DNA of 64,000 nt from Camelus dromedarius (taxonomy: Eukaryota). Below the pieces are notes generated by a model. It saw only the letters and a list, made by a program, of their open reading frames with translations, was not told where the DNA came from and made no database searches. A program made the translations under genes and the position numbers. The DNA lies in the NCBI RefSeq assembly GCF_036321535.1, contig NC_087437.1, positions 94,800,001 to 94,864,000 on the forward strand, given 5' to 3'. Below are positions 53,018-64,000 of this stretch, in pieces (position 1 is the first letter of the stretch; every line of letters begins with the position of its first letter).

Positions 53018-53456
53018 CTGTGGCTCTCAACTGGGGTAACTTTACCTCGACCTCCCCGGGGAACATTTGGTAATGTCTGAAGGCACTCTTTGGTTGTCAC
53101 AGTGTGGGTAGAGGGTTGCTGCTGGCATCTAGGGGTAGAGGCCAGGAATGATGTTAAACCTCTACAATTCCCAGACCACGCCCCTACTACAAAGAACTAT
53201 CCAATGCAAAAAAATGTCAATAGCATTGAGATTAAGAAATTAAGAAGTACAGACTTCCAGCTATAAATAAGTCAAGAGGATGTAATGTACACTTAGGGAA
53301 TATATCCAATAACATTGTAACAACTTTGTATGGTAACTGGGCTTTTTGTGATCATTTCATAATGTATAAAAATCTCAAATGACTATGTTATATACCTGGG
53401 AGTGATATAATAGTACACGTTAATTATAACACATAAGTAAATAAAAAGAAATCTTG
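53018..53456 (+). mobile_element. MER20 hAT-Charlie MITE, interrupted in its 3' TIR by an L1 fragment
   Basis: ctgtggctctcaactgggg...gaacatttggtaatgtctgaaggcactctttggttgtcac...gctgctggcatctaggggtagaggccagg...aatgtcaatag matches the recalled MER20 consensus. Confidence 0.9.
53241..53445 (+). mobile_element. L1 3' end with 7-bp TSD
   Basis: tacagacttccagctataaataagtca..ggatgtaatgtacac..agggaatata...gtgatcatttcataatgtat...; AAGAAAT flanks at 53234-53240 and 53446-53452. Confidence 0.85.
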
Positions 53457-55579
53457 AGCTACAGCAAAGAAATTCTGAGGAAACCATTTGAAAATATTTG
53501 CCAATTACCTGGTTTTACCTGAAAAAAAATTTACGCAAGGAGGTAAAGGAATATCTACTTTTTGTCATTATTTATTTAGTAAACGATTTATTCTATTTTT
53601 TTTCTCTAAAGGTATACCATAGGCTAATCTTACTCTATGACACAAAGTTGGGCCCAGCTTCTCAGGGAGAAAACACACACACACACAAACCATTACAATT
53701 AGAAATATACCTGGTAGCCATTGGTTTAAAGACTGCAGCCACACAGTGTGTCATTGACTTTATCTCTTTATGCTGTATCAGGAAATTTGGGTGATACATA
53801 ATTGACAATCACAATGAGTTGGAAATATTTCAGCTGTCTAACTCATTGATTTTTTTGTTTATTTATTATACTTTAGAATCTGGATCTCATTGAAAATACA
53901 ATAGAAACTCAAGCTGGGAAACAGACACCTAAACACTAAGACAATGGGACAGAGAGAGAGAGAGATTCAGAGATAAGGAGAGTGGGGAAGAGGGAAGAGA
54001 GGGGAGAAGGGAGGGAAAACAAAGGCGAGGAGACAGAGGAGAGGAGAATCCAGTAGACAAGATCTGTGGCCAAGTAGTTTGGGGATTCTTTTTTTCTTCT
54101 CGCCCTGCCTGTCTATTGCTTTTTCATTTGTTTGTTCAGAAAACAAATTCCTAGTTGAGTGCACCGAATAAATATATATAATAACAGATTGGAATTTTTA
54201 CATCACAGTAGTTTCACTGTATTCTATTTTCTCTGATAACAGAAAAGCATACATCCCCTTTTCCTCTGCTTACCACACATCCACATGAAATGGAAATTTT
54301 TCACCTGTATTCTAGCTGAATAAATGAATATATTCGTTTCATCAATTCTATTCCTTCTGGATTAGTCTTCAGCACACCACAGATATAACTAAATTTTAAA
54401 CTGCTAAATGCCTTTACAGTTTTAAAGATATGGCTTACATTTGTACCTCATAAATAAGTGGGGAAGGAAATGTTTTTGTATTATGACTCTAGGTGATCAA
54501 AAGTATTTATCACGGCAGTAAGGAAACAGCTGCTGTTAACGCTGTCTTTTGAATGCTTTTATGGGACTCCTATAAAAAAAATTATTCATGTCAAGATTAA
54601 AAGTAGTGTTTGATGGAACTGTGGAAAGTGGCCATCAGACCAGTTAATGTGCAGTTCTGGTCATTCCCATAAGAATCAGCAAGTGCGTATCATCAGACGA
54701 TTACTAGAAAAATGAACAGCACTGTTCACAAGAGCTTGGCAATTAATTAAATGATATGCTTGTTCATCTTGCAGGTCAAGCAGATAATTGTGCTGAGAAT
54801 TGCTTTGAAATCATGCATGGTTCAACTTAGCCCTTTTGAATCCCAGGAGAGATTTGCAGGTCACACTGCATATCACACTTCTTGTGGATGAGGGACTAAT
54901 ACTAGCTAATCCTGTTAGCATACACAATGGGATAAGAGATAGCTAAAGATTCACATTTACTTGGTACAAGTTAACATGCCCATTAAAGTGCCCTTGCATG
55001 CTTTCATTTACTTTGTTTGGTAGGAAACTATAATATAATAATTATATTAGATTTCACTTGGCCTATTTTTCGATGGATGTTTATGATGAGATCAATTTCA
55101 TTTGATTTTTATAGAATTTTGTATACCCATCACACAGATAAAACTTAAGCACCTTCCCCCTGCAAAAAAAAAAAAAAAAAAACAAGCAGCTGAAAAATAA
55201 GAACAGATATTGATTTGTCCCTTAATGCTAACATTCCTAGGCATCTTTAAATATAGCATATTAAGTCAAGAATGAAACATTTTTAAGAACTAATTTAAAG
55301 GAAATGCAGTACCCAGATTGGTCAGAAGCTCTTTAGTAATTTAAATGAATACTTCTTGTTTATCATATAATACGTATTGTATCTTTTTTACTTAGGAGCA
55401 TGATTCAATTCAATGCTTTCATTTCAATTTAATTTCATTTCAAGTCAGTGCTTTCAAAGCAACAGTAAACACACACACAAACAAAAAATAACAAGCTTTC
55501 CTGTCGTATATTCTATATAATATAGAAGATTCTCAATATTAACTAAATTCAGTTTTAGAACTGAGTTAATGATCAGAAA

Positions 55580-55745
55580 GCTGAAGATGCAAGAAACCTA
55601 TAGAAAATTATCTACTCCAGCAATCTTTGTTTTCAAGTTAGAAAGCAAATGTTCAGAGAGGTTAAGCAATTTGTACAAGATTACACAGCTATTCCATGGT
55701 AACATGGGAACGACCCTCAAATCTTTTAACCTCTAAGGCATTTTC
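55580..55745 (-). mobile_element. MIR SINE
   Basis: atctactccagcaatc...gttcagagaggttaagcaatttgtacaagattacacagcta. Confidence 0.65.
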
Positions 55746-56512
55746 GGTTGAACCACAGTTAGGTTCTGATACAAGTTACTTAACAACTATTTCTGATCTT
55801 AGTCCCAGCCTACCTGTTCAGCTACACAAAAAATCAATCATGAAAACGACTCATAATCTAGCGGTGGGGTGTGGGGGGAGGGACAACTACTGGATTATTG
55901 GACTAAGAATAAACAAATGGCGTGGGGAGAAACAAGCAGCCCTGCTTCTGTCAAAGAATACTCCCAGAAAGCTTGTGGAGTAATTATACTTTATGTATTA
56001 TAGGTTGGGCTAATCTTTACTTTGGAAACTTAGACATTCATCTATCTAAAATATACTATACAACTAGATACATTTTCATCTATAAATGACTAATATTCCA
56101 TTACTTATCTTGTTCCTGATTGTCTTAGAATCAAATGAAATGAATCTGAGCCGTATTACCCACAGAAATAAATAGGAGTATCCGCACAAATTTGTACTAG
56201 TCAATAATAAACTTATTTTAGCAAAATCAAGACAACACCACCTCAAGGTGAAGGGAGTCACCTTGTCTGCTACCTTCTGAAAATAAAAGATTCTTTATTA
56301 CTTAGAAAACTCTTTAACACTTAAAAACTAATATAGTTAGAATTATCGTGATATTCTGTAATACTCTTATCAATAATTTATTTGCACATGTTAGAACACA
56401 GATATTTAATCATGTACTATAAATTTATCACCTCCCTCTTTGCAATAAAGCAGGATTCAGTGTAAGAGAGATGGAATTTGGATTCCATCCAAAAGAATTT
56501 ACTGTAGTTGGT

Positions 56513-56945
56513 ACAAAGAGCTTCAAACACCAGTGCCTGCAGGCACTGTACACGCATGAAACGGCCTGGATATAAGAAAATAGGAAAAAATAAAAGTTTT
56601 TAAAAAGGCAAAGTTATGAACCACCAGTCATGAGACTAAGGATGTGGAAGCATGTTGTGATCTCTAAAGGATATGTAAGTGGTGGACACTAGCCCAACCC
56701 TAATAAAGCATAAAATTGCCCTCCAAAAACAAAAGGACGTGGTGGGATGGTTTAGGGAGCATTTACTCATTCTCTAAAGCCAATTCTTTTCATATGGGAA
56801 TTCCAGCCCATTGCTGACAAGACTTCAGATTTCTCAAAGAACAATAGCAAGATTTATTTTCAAAATTGCCCAATTTATCAATATTGGATTACTCATCATG
56901 CAGAATAAATAAACATACTCGGGGACCTTATGCCAATTTACATGC
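56513..56945 (+). mobile_element. MER102-like hAT-Charlie relic
   Basis: caaacaccagtgcctgcagg...ggcctggatataagaaaatagg...catatgggaattccagcccattgctgacaagacttcagatttctcaaag...aaataaac. Confidence 0.55.
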
Positions 56946-59900
56946 CCTTGAGAAAGTTTCACAGTATGAAACTTAACTTGTCTGTATAAGAAGATTTCAG
57001 TATCTCATGAGCATTGTTTCTGCTTCTACTGTTAAGTTTCATTTATATGATCTTTAGAAATAAGATTTCCTGCTATTTCCCATCTCCACTTGTTGTACCT
57101 AGCTCATGTATAAGAATTGTAGATCAGAGTTTAAATGATATTTTTATTACTGCCAACGCTCTATACCTTTCTACCAACAGAACCATAGATCATTTACCAT
57201 TACTTAGAGCTGATTTTATTTGGAATCCCATTCAGTAAGATTGTTTAATCAGATATTTATGTGAGATAACTTTTCTTTAAACACATAACTACAAACCATC
57301 CTGAAATAGTAGAGACATTTATTTTAAACTCTACGTTTCTCTGCACAAATAAAATCAAAATCCCCAGCCCCACCCCACCCCACCCCCGCCAAACATCCCC
57401 TTTTTTTACATGTACTTTATATGCTTGTATTTTATCCTTGTGGCTAATTGTATTGTGATTATCCATGGCTCAAGCAAGAATGTAGAAATGCAGAAATATT
57501 CTAAGGGTAAAGCAATGTAATCTACCACCCAAGACGCCAGCACAGAGGAAGTTGATGAAAATAGTGCCTGGGCGGGACTAAACAGAGAATAATTAAGAAG
57601 GCTTTAAGAGCCATGAGTTAAGCAAGGCTAATCTAAGAATGTGTTGGAGGGTAAGTTCCTTCGAAGGAATTTGTTAAAATGTCAAGTTTGAGGCATGACG
57701 GTCAAAGCCTTAGCTGAATCTGTTTCTGAAACTGTTGTCCTCTCACATTAAAGCCATATCTGAAACCAGAGTCTAATCCTGTGTTTAATTTTAGCTAAAT
57801 AGGAAGTTTAAAAAAATCAGGTGGAATCTTAAAATATATATATATATGTTATCTTCTATCAGCTTAGGAGACCTTGCAGCTGTTCATATCTTCACTTCAT
57901 AGCACGTGTCACTGTGACAAATGAAAAATATTTTCATCCACTAGGATTACTGGGTGGCTGAGAAGCAATAAACAAACTGTAACAAGAATTATGTATATAA
58001 CTGACAGTTAATCAGACTTTTTAGAGTGGTAATGAGGAGAAGGAGAAGATTGGATAAAGTGTTTTTTGCTGACAAATGGGCTATGTTACATTAATAATTT
58101 ATTAGCTAAAATTTGTGATTATTACTGGTTAATGTGGTTAGCATTGACTTATTTTAATGATTTCTCAAAATATTCAGGGTGAAACTATTAGATACAGCTC
58201 CCTCTGAGATCATCTTTCCCATCGCTTTTTCATCTCCAAGGTGGGTTTCTATCCATCATCCTCTTTCAGAAAGGAAAATGGGCTTGCTTAAAATGTCTCC
58301 GTATTTTTCACCTTATTCCAGCTGAGTATGATGGGGAGTTGCTTTTCAATTCTTTTTTTTCTCTTTCTAACTATTTATATTAAAGTAGCAAATAATTATT
58401 TTTAATTCAGCTACTTCTTGAGAAAAGAGTACTTTTTGGAGATACCCCACAGCAAGGGAAAAAGATTCTTTGATCAAATAGATTTGAAAAATTCTATGTA
58501 ACATTCCACACCGTGAGAACCAATAGTCATGCAGTAAGTTAATGTGCTTAATTTCACTTGAGACATCACTTCCTTAAACAAAACATATGAAAAAAATCAC
58601 CTAAAATTTTACAGAAATCCAGGAATAAATCATATATGCATAATTCATATTATTATAAATGAACATTAAGCGTAGAACCAGGATTTTTTTTTTTAACTTG
58701 AAAGATGATGTCCCTTTCCCTGGCCTTAAAGCATATCTGTGACCTAAATTGCCCCCAGACAGATTGGAATCATTTCCATTCTGGTAATTAGCTTTCTAAT
58801 TAGCTTCTAGAATGAGTTGTCTAAGACTTTAAAAAATAAGTTACCTTTAAAAATCTATGTAACGAAAATCTTTTTAAAAGTTCATATTATGGTCATTTCA
58901 TTGTTAATGCTATTTCATTAATAAAAAAAATCATAAAATTAACAAACACCTATGGGTGGATTTATGATGCTCTCTGCCTAACGAGGTGTGGGGAAAGAAA
59001 AAAATCAGCAAAAATTTAAATTATACTATTTGCTTTCCAAGTATGTGTGCTAGCACAAAATATTTTCCCTGCATTTCTAGTGATACATTAGTTTGGATTT
59101 TATTTTTCCCTTAGCATACAGAATAGTACTTTTCCTCTTAAAAAGCATGAGGATTTCATTTCCTTAATGCAATGTTCTTGTACGTGGATATAGGACATAA
59201 ATAAAGATATAAGAATCATTGATGTCTGACATTTATGACATTTAAGTTACAGAGTTAATGCAAATCAAGCTGTCCAAGAGGAGAAATATTTAAATTAGTG
59301 TTGCCAAAACAGGAAGAAAGAATGAGTTTTCTGGACATACACTGATCATGCACACATGCTCTCTGATCAGACTTTAATTTCTCTGTATGTAAATTGGTGG
59401 TCTGAGACTGGATGTCTATTATGCAAACGGTCCTTTGTCCTGTCAGGCAATTGAGGGAAAAGACCATAATCCTTGGTGTCCTGGAGAATGTTTGCTGGTC
59501 CTCAGGGACAGACTGTCATTTAATTTAGGCCAAGTTAGTGTCTGCCTTAGCTCTGTGTATTTACATATAAATTGTTTGTTGGGATATGGAGCAGAGAGGT
59601 AAGATATATTACAAACTGCTTCCCCCAATTATTTTATGATGTCTGCTTTCATGTGGGGTGTGTCCTTAGAAAATGAGTGGTAGAGGGGGAAGAAAAAGAT
59701 TGTTACAGATGAAGTATATATATCCCCCCACATGTGGAAAGTGAGCATAGATAGAAAAGAAACTGTTAGCACATGATCTATTTCTACACTTAATGAAAGA
59801 AAATTGATTTAATATGGAGACATTGCTATTTGGGCTTAAGTGCACATGAACCGCAGAACTAATACACCCTTGTATATAGCCGGACTCATGGGTTGCTCAC

Positions 59901-60339
59901 GGGTAGCGCAGTTTTGCCCAGATTCATTAGCAGCCAGTGATCCACCTATAGGTTATCACCTGCATGGGGCCAGCATGAAGGAAGATGCACGTGCATTTTA
60001 GGACAGGGAGTGTGTATTTGACAAAGCCTTTCACAGGCACTATCATCATTTTCTAAGATAGGGGATTTGATGCACAGCAGTTCAGAGATTGCTATGTGGA
60101 AAGAACAGGAAATTTATACAACATTCATAAACCAAATGACTTTTATGGTGGAGGCAGGGGTTCAGGGCAGTTAGGTGAGGGAAGAGACTATTCATCTCAA
60201 AGTAAATAGTATTCTACAGAACTGCAAAAATAATTATATAGCAATACTAACAGAAACTGATGCCAAAATAAAAGCACTACGTTTGGACCTTAGCGCCTCC
60301 TGGCTTATATAAACCACTTCCTACATTTTTTTTCCCCAA

Positions 60340-60552
60340 AGTTAACATTTGTTGAGCACTTCCTCTGTGTCAGACATTGTACTAAATACTTTATATCCAG
60401 CACCTCAAAGTCTTCCTACAATCTTAAAGGGTCAGTAATTTTACTTTTTCTCTTGTCCACGTTAACATAAGGAGGTTGTCACTTGATCAAAGTCACACAG
60501 TCAAGGCAGACTGCTAGACCCAAATGAGGGTACTGTCCACATTTTAACTACT
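60340..60552 (-). mobile_element. MIR SINE
   Basis: gttaacatttgttgagcacttcctctgtgtcagacattgtactaaatacttta...cacttgatcaaagtcacacag...ttttaactactatg. Confidence 0.75.
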
Positions 60553-61569
60553 ATGTTATGTGGTCGAACATGTGGCCATTGAGAAGTGAAAAACAAGAGG
60601 ATCTTCTCAAATTGGGAATTCTTACTTCTACACTTGCCTTTTCTTCATTAATTTCCTTTATTCCTGTTACTGTACACATGTGGGTGAACTGAAAATATTT
60701 GAACCAAGCACTTCCTACCACAGTGATGACCATTTGCCATGGTCGTAGGTGAAACACACCCAGCAACTTAGATTGGACCCTGTCACCATATGACACTATT
60801 AAATTTACACTAGTGCATTACATAATGTATGTGCCAAGTTAAGAGGAACAAATGGAGGGTTGCTATTTTTTTTCCTCTTACTAAGCTTTTTAATGGGCAA
60901 AAAAGTTTACAAATATTTCACACTCGGGGAGAGGATTTGGGATGGCAGAACAGTAAGATGATGGTTGCTATAGAAACTGCCATCTAGAAAACTGGAGAGA
61001 AAGAGAGAGAGGGCGTGAGCCTAATTTCTCACAGAAAAATGAATTCTCTCAGATTCTCAAGACATCAGAAAAATTTAAAGCCTTCTTTGACACCACTGTC
61101 CCATCTTCGCAGCCAACTGACTGATCTAACAATATAATTTGACTTATTTAGGACTTATGTATATCATTTCTGTTTTCAAAGTGACTGGATACAGCATAAA
61201 GAATTAAACATAAACAACAAAAAGGATCATTAGGGATAAAAACAACAGAAGAGGAAATTTCTTAATTTTGACAATTAAATCATGAATTTGACACTAAATC
61301 TGTTGAAAGTTTAACCTAAAAATAGATGGGCTAATTATTTAATTTTACATCTCAGATATGTTTCAAGTTCAAATGAAATAATTCATGAATTTGTTCACTG
61401 ATATAACTTACTTTGATGTTGACTTTAGCTTTCACATATAGCTTTAAGGAAACACTTTCTTTAGGATTTAAAAAGGCTGGGGAACTTGCACTGGTAGACA
61501 GACCTCAAGTAAGAAAAGTGCCAAACTCTACACAGAGAGCTGGACCCAGAGTGGGCTCATCAGAAGACG

Positions 61570-61785
61570 CAGATTTGGATCCGTGTTCTCACACATAGGA
61601 GCCGTGTGATCTCGGGGAAGTTATGAAAGCGTTCCAAACTTCAGCTTATTCATCCACAAAGTGAATCCAATATCAATCCAGTTTTTTAGTGCTGTTGAGA
61701 ATATAATATGTGAAAAAGTGAGTAGAATGTTTAGCACAGTTCTTAGCCCACAGTAAGCTCTGCATAAGTAGTTGCTCTTACTAAC
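61570..61785 (+). mobile_element. MIR SINE
   Basis: gccgtgtgatctcggggaagtta...cttcagcttattcatccacaaagtg...gctgttgagaatataat...ttagcacagttcttagcccacagtaagctc. Confidence 0.75.
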
Positions 61786-62414
61786 ATTAGCTGGAAAAGA
61801 TGAGGGGAAAAAAGTCCCTAAGGGTCCACAGAAAGAAAGCTGTTGAACTGAGGAAGACACAAAATACAACACCAGATAATACAATATAATATAATATAAT
61901 ATCACATACACAAATGTGCTTTTCTATATATCTATGAATATACATATATAAAATAAAAAAGCAAAAATAATACCCTTCAAGGAAGGTACAAGGTGAGCTA
62001 ATTAAGATCTGGTTCAGCTATACAGGGGTGCAGATAGGAAACCAGCCAAACTTTACATTTGTGTTTTTATGTGTTGGAAGTTTAAAACTATTTTGTAACA
62101 GAAAACTGAGTTCAAATTTGCTATGTCTTAACTTGGCACACATATTAGGAGCCGGATGTCAATTTCAAGACAGGCTCAGATTTATTAGGGGAAGATGAAT
62201 TTAATACACATCCTTAAACTAGGCCTATTCAGTTTTGTTTTACTTCGATAAGACATTTTGGTAGTAGTACGTTCCCAGCCTAATTGTTTCTCCAACGTGG
62301 AGTTTAGAACACAGAGGCTCAATATTTGAAAGACTTAAAGAAGAGCTGAATTATAATTCAGGCTGGTTTTTGAAATGTTGTAATAATGCATTGTAAACCT
62401 TCAATTTGTTTAGA

Positions 62415-62870
62415 AATTTTTTTCAATATCCCACTTACTTCCCAAGTGGATTTGAAGTGAATCACAATAAAAGGCACAGATATAACTGGAGCATTGAGCA
62501 CACACGCACACTCTCACACATATGCACACACCCCCCAGAGCTCTGAAACAGAATTAGGGTATATAGAGAAAGGAGGACGTGGAGAGACCCAGCTACAAGG
62601 TCCAGAAATGTAGGCTAAGGCCGTGTGGCTGTCAGCTTGAAGATAAGCTAAGAGCAGTCCCGCCATAAAAGTAAACATGCTGAGTGAGTTTCGTGATCAT
62701 TCTTACCAGATAAAGACAAATTTCTCCCCAGATTTCATGGGGAATAAACAGAACACCCTAATTCCCACATAAAGGACTTTTGAACTCCTATGGACAATGT
62801 CTTCCTCAATAATGACTTTTTAACAGACGTAGAATGTTTTAAGTATTGTTCTCATAGGTAATTCAAATTT
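62415..62870 (-). mobile_element. Possible L4 (RTE-X) LINE 3' fragment
   Basis: atatcccacttacttcccaagtggatttgaagtgaatcacaataaaa resembles the reverse 3' end of ancient L4 elements. Family and right boundary are uncertain. Confidence 0.4.
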
Positions 62871-64000
62871 AATTAGAAAACATTTTAATCCCATATGTAA
62901 TAATTACCAATGCTCGCTGACATTTAGCTTTATCAATTTGCTATTACTAATCTTACAGACATCATGACTGGTTTTTATTTTTCTGCATATTCTGATAAAC
63001 ACAGGACATTACTGAAAACCTTCCACACCTGCAGCCACCATCATTCCCTCGACCACATTCAAGGATATTTTTCATATTCAGCGGTTTAAATATTCATGAC
63101 TGATTTCAGATTTGCAGAAAAGCATTTTCCAAATTGCTCCTTTAACTCCAGTCTGTAATTGTTGCATATCTGCTTAAATACATACACAGAACTATACTTT
63201 TGCCTGCATGAAAGACATGACTGGGATGCAGTGGAGAGGTTAAGTATTTTGTGCTTTTGATCAAACCAGAAAAGGGAAGCAGCTGATATTGATCTGGAAC
63301 CAAACAGAACAGCAGTGGCGCTTTCTGAAGCAGTTCAAAATGCCTTTGGGAAAGTCATTTTTCAGAGCTGTGTTTCCATCTTATTTTCCCACCTGGCACC
63401 TCTGCCCCACAGGCTTCGCTCCTTCAGAGAGCCACTGGTGCCCAGACTGTGTCTACAAAGGAAACAGTGTTTTCCACCTTAATAGAATCCTAGAGATAAA
63501 TGTCTCAGTTCCCGACTCTGCTGTTCAAGCTTACAGTCACCTTCCCATGCACTGTGAGTTAAGAGGTGGATCATGTCGAGAGCTCATCTCTCACAGTTCT
63601 GGGGAGAAAAAAAAAAAAAGTTTTGATGGGTCCTTCCCTATATAGACATATATTTTAAATTATACTTCTTTTAAACATAAAACTAATTTTCATTATAATA
63701 TAAAAACGTAATTATATTCTACCCAGTAGATTACACGTGTTCAAGGTCTGAAAATTGACTTCAGAATGCTGAAGAGTAACAGCTACACAAAAATAACAAC
63801 ATGGTCTCCCAGCACAATGGGCTTATCTACCCTGATTGACTTTCTCTTATTTTTCAGAAATAACCACAAAAACAAATTCCTTTTGCACAAAGCAGTGCAA
63901 CCAAAAATAAGAGTCTTTAATCATTCATTTTCAGTGTTCAGTCCAACCTCCCTTAACAGAATTCAGGTTTTTTTCCTGAATTTTCTATAATTACCCATGA

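Noticed and set aside
1474..59265. About eight scattered octamer (ATGCAAAT) sites
   Set aside because: Unclustered, of the order expected in AT-rich DNA, and lacking a convincing Sox-Oct composite.
1..64000. Remaining 60-120 aa ORFs; CRISPR arrays, operons, NUMTs, non-retroviral endogenous viral elements
   Set aside because: The ORFs are short, often start at non-ATG codons, overlap repeats and resemble no protein I recognise. I saw no regularly spaced repeat arrays and no prokaryotic, mitochondrial or viral coding structure. A TBLASTX/BLASTX search would be needed to exclude very decayed relics or micro-exons.

Overview
AT-rich mammalian (eutherian) non-coding DNA, either intergenic or deep intronic. 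I could not support any intact protein-coding gene, tRNA, rRNA or known small-RNA gene. The window is dense with decayed interspersed repeats: L2, MIR, L1 3' ends, MaLR LTRs, hAT-Charlie MITEs (MER3, MER20, MER102), a Mariner relic and microsatellites. A tRNA-derived SINE of the camelid Vic-1 type, with a perfect 14-bp TSD, points to a camel/llama/alpaca genome. The only recognisable protein-coding relic is an old, internally deleted class I ERV on the minus strand (~13.9-16.3 kb), with RNase H and integrase remnants, a polypurine tract, a 3' LTR and a 5' LTR fragment. Leads worth checking are a 125-nt minus-strand exon-like segment with canonical splice sites (24218-24342), an unclassified 345-bp element with TG..CA inverted termini, several nested insertions, and repeat-free motif-rich blocks that may be enhancers. 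I found no convincing novel biological system. Repeat family names come from recalled consensus motifs, not database searches, and boundaries of old repeats are approximate.
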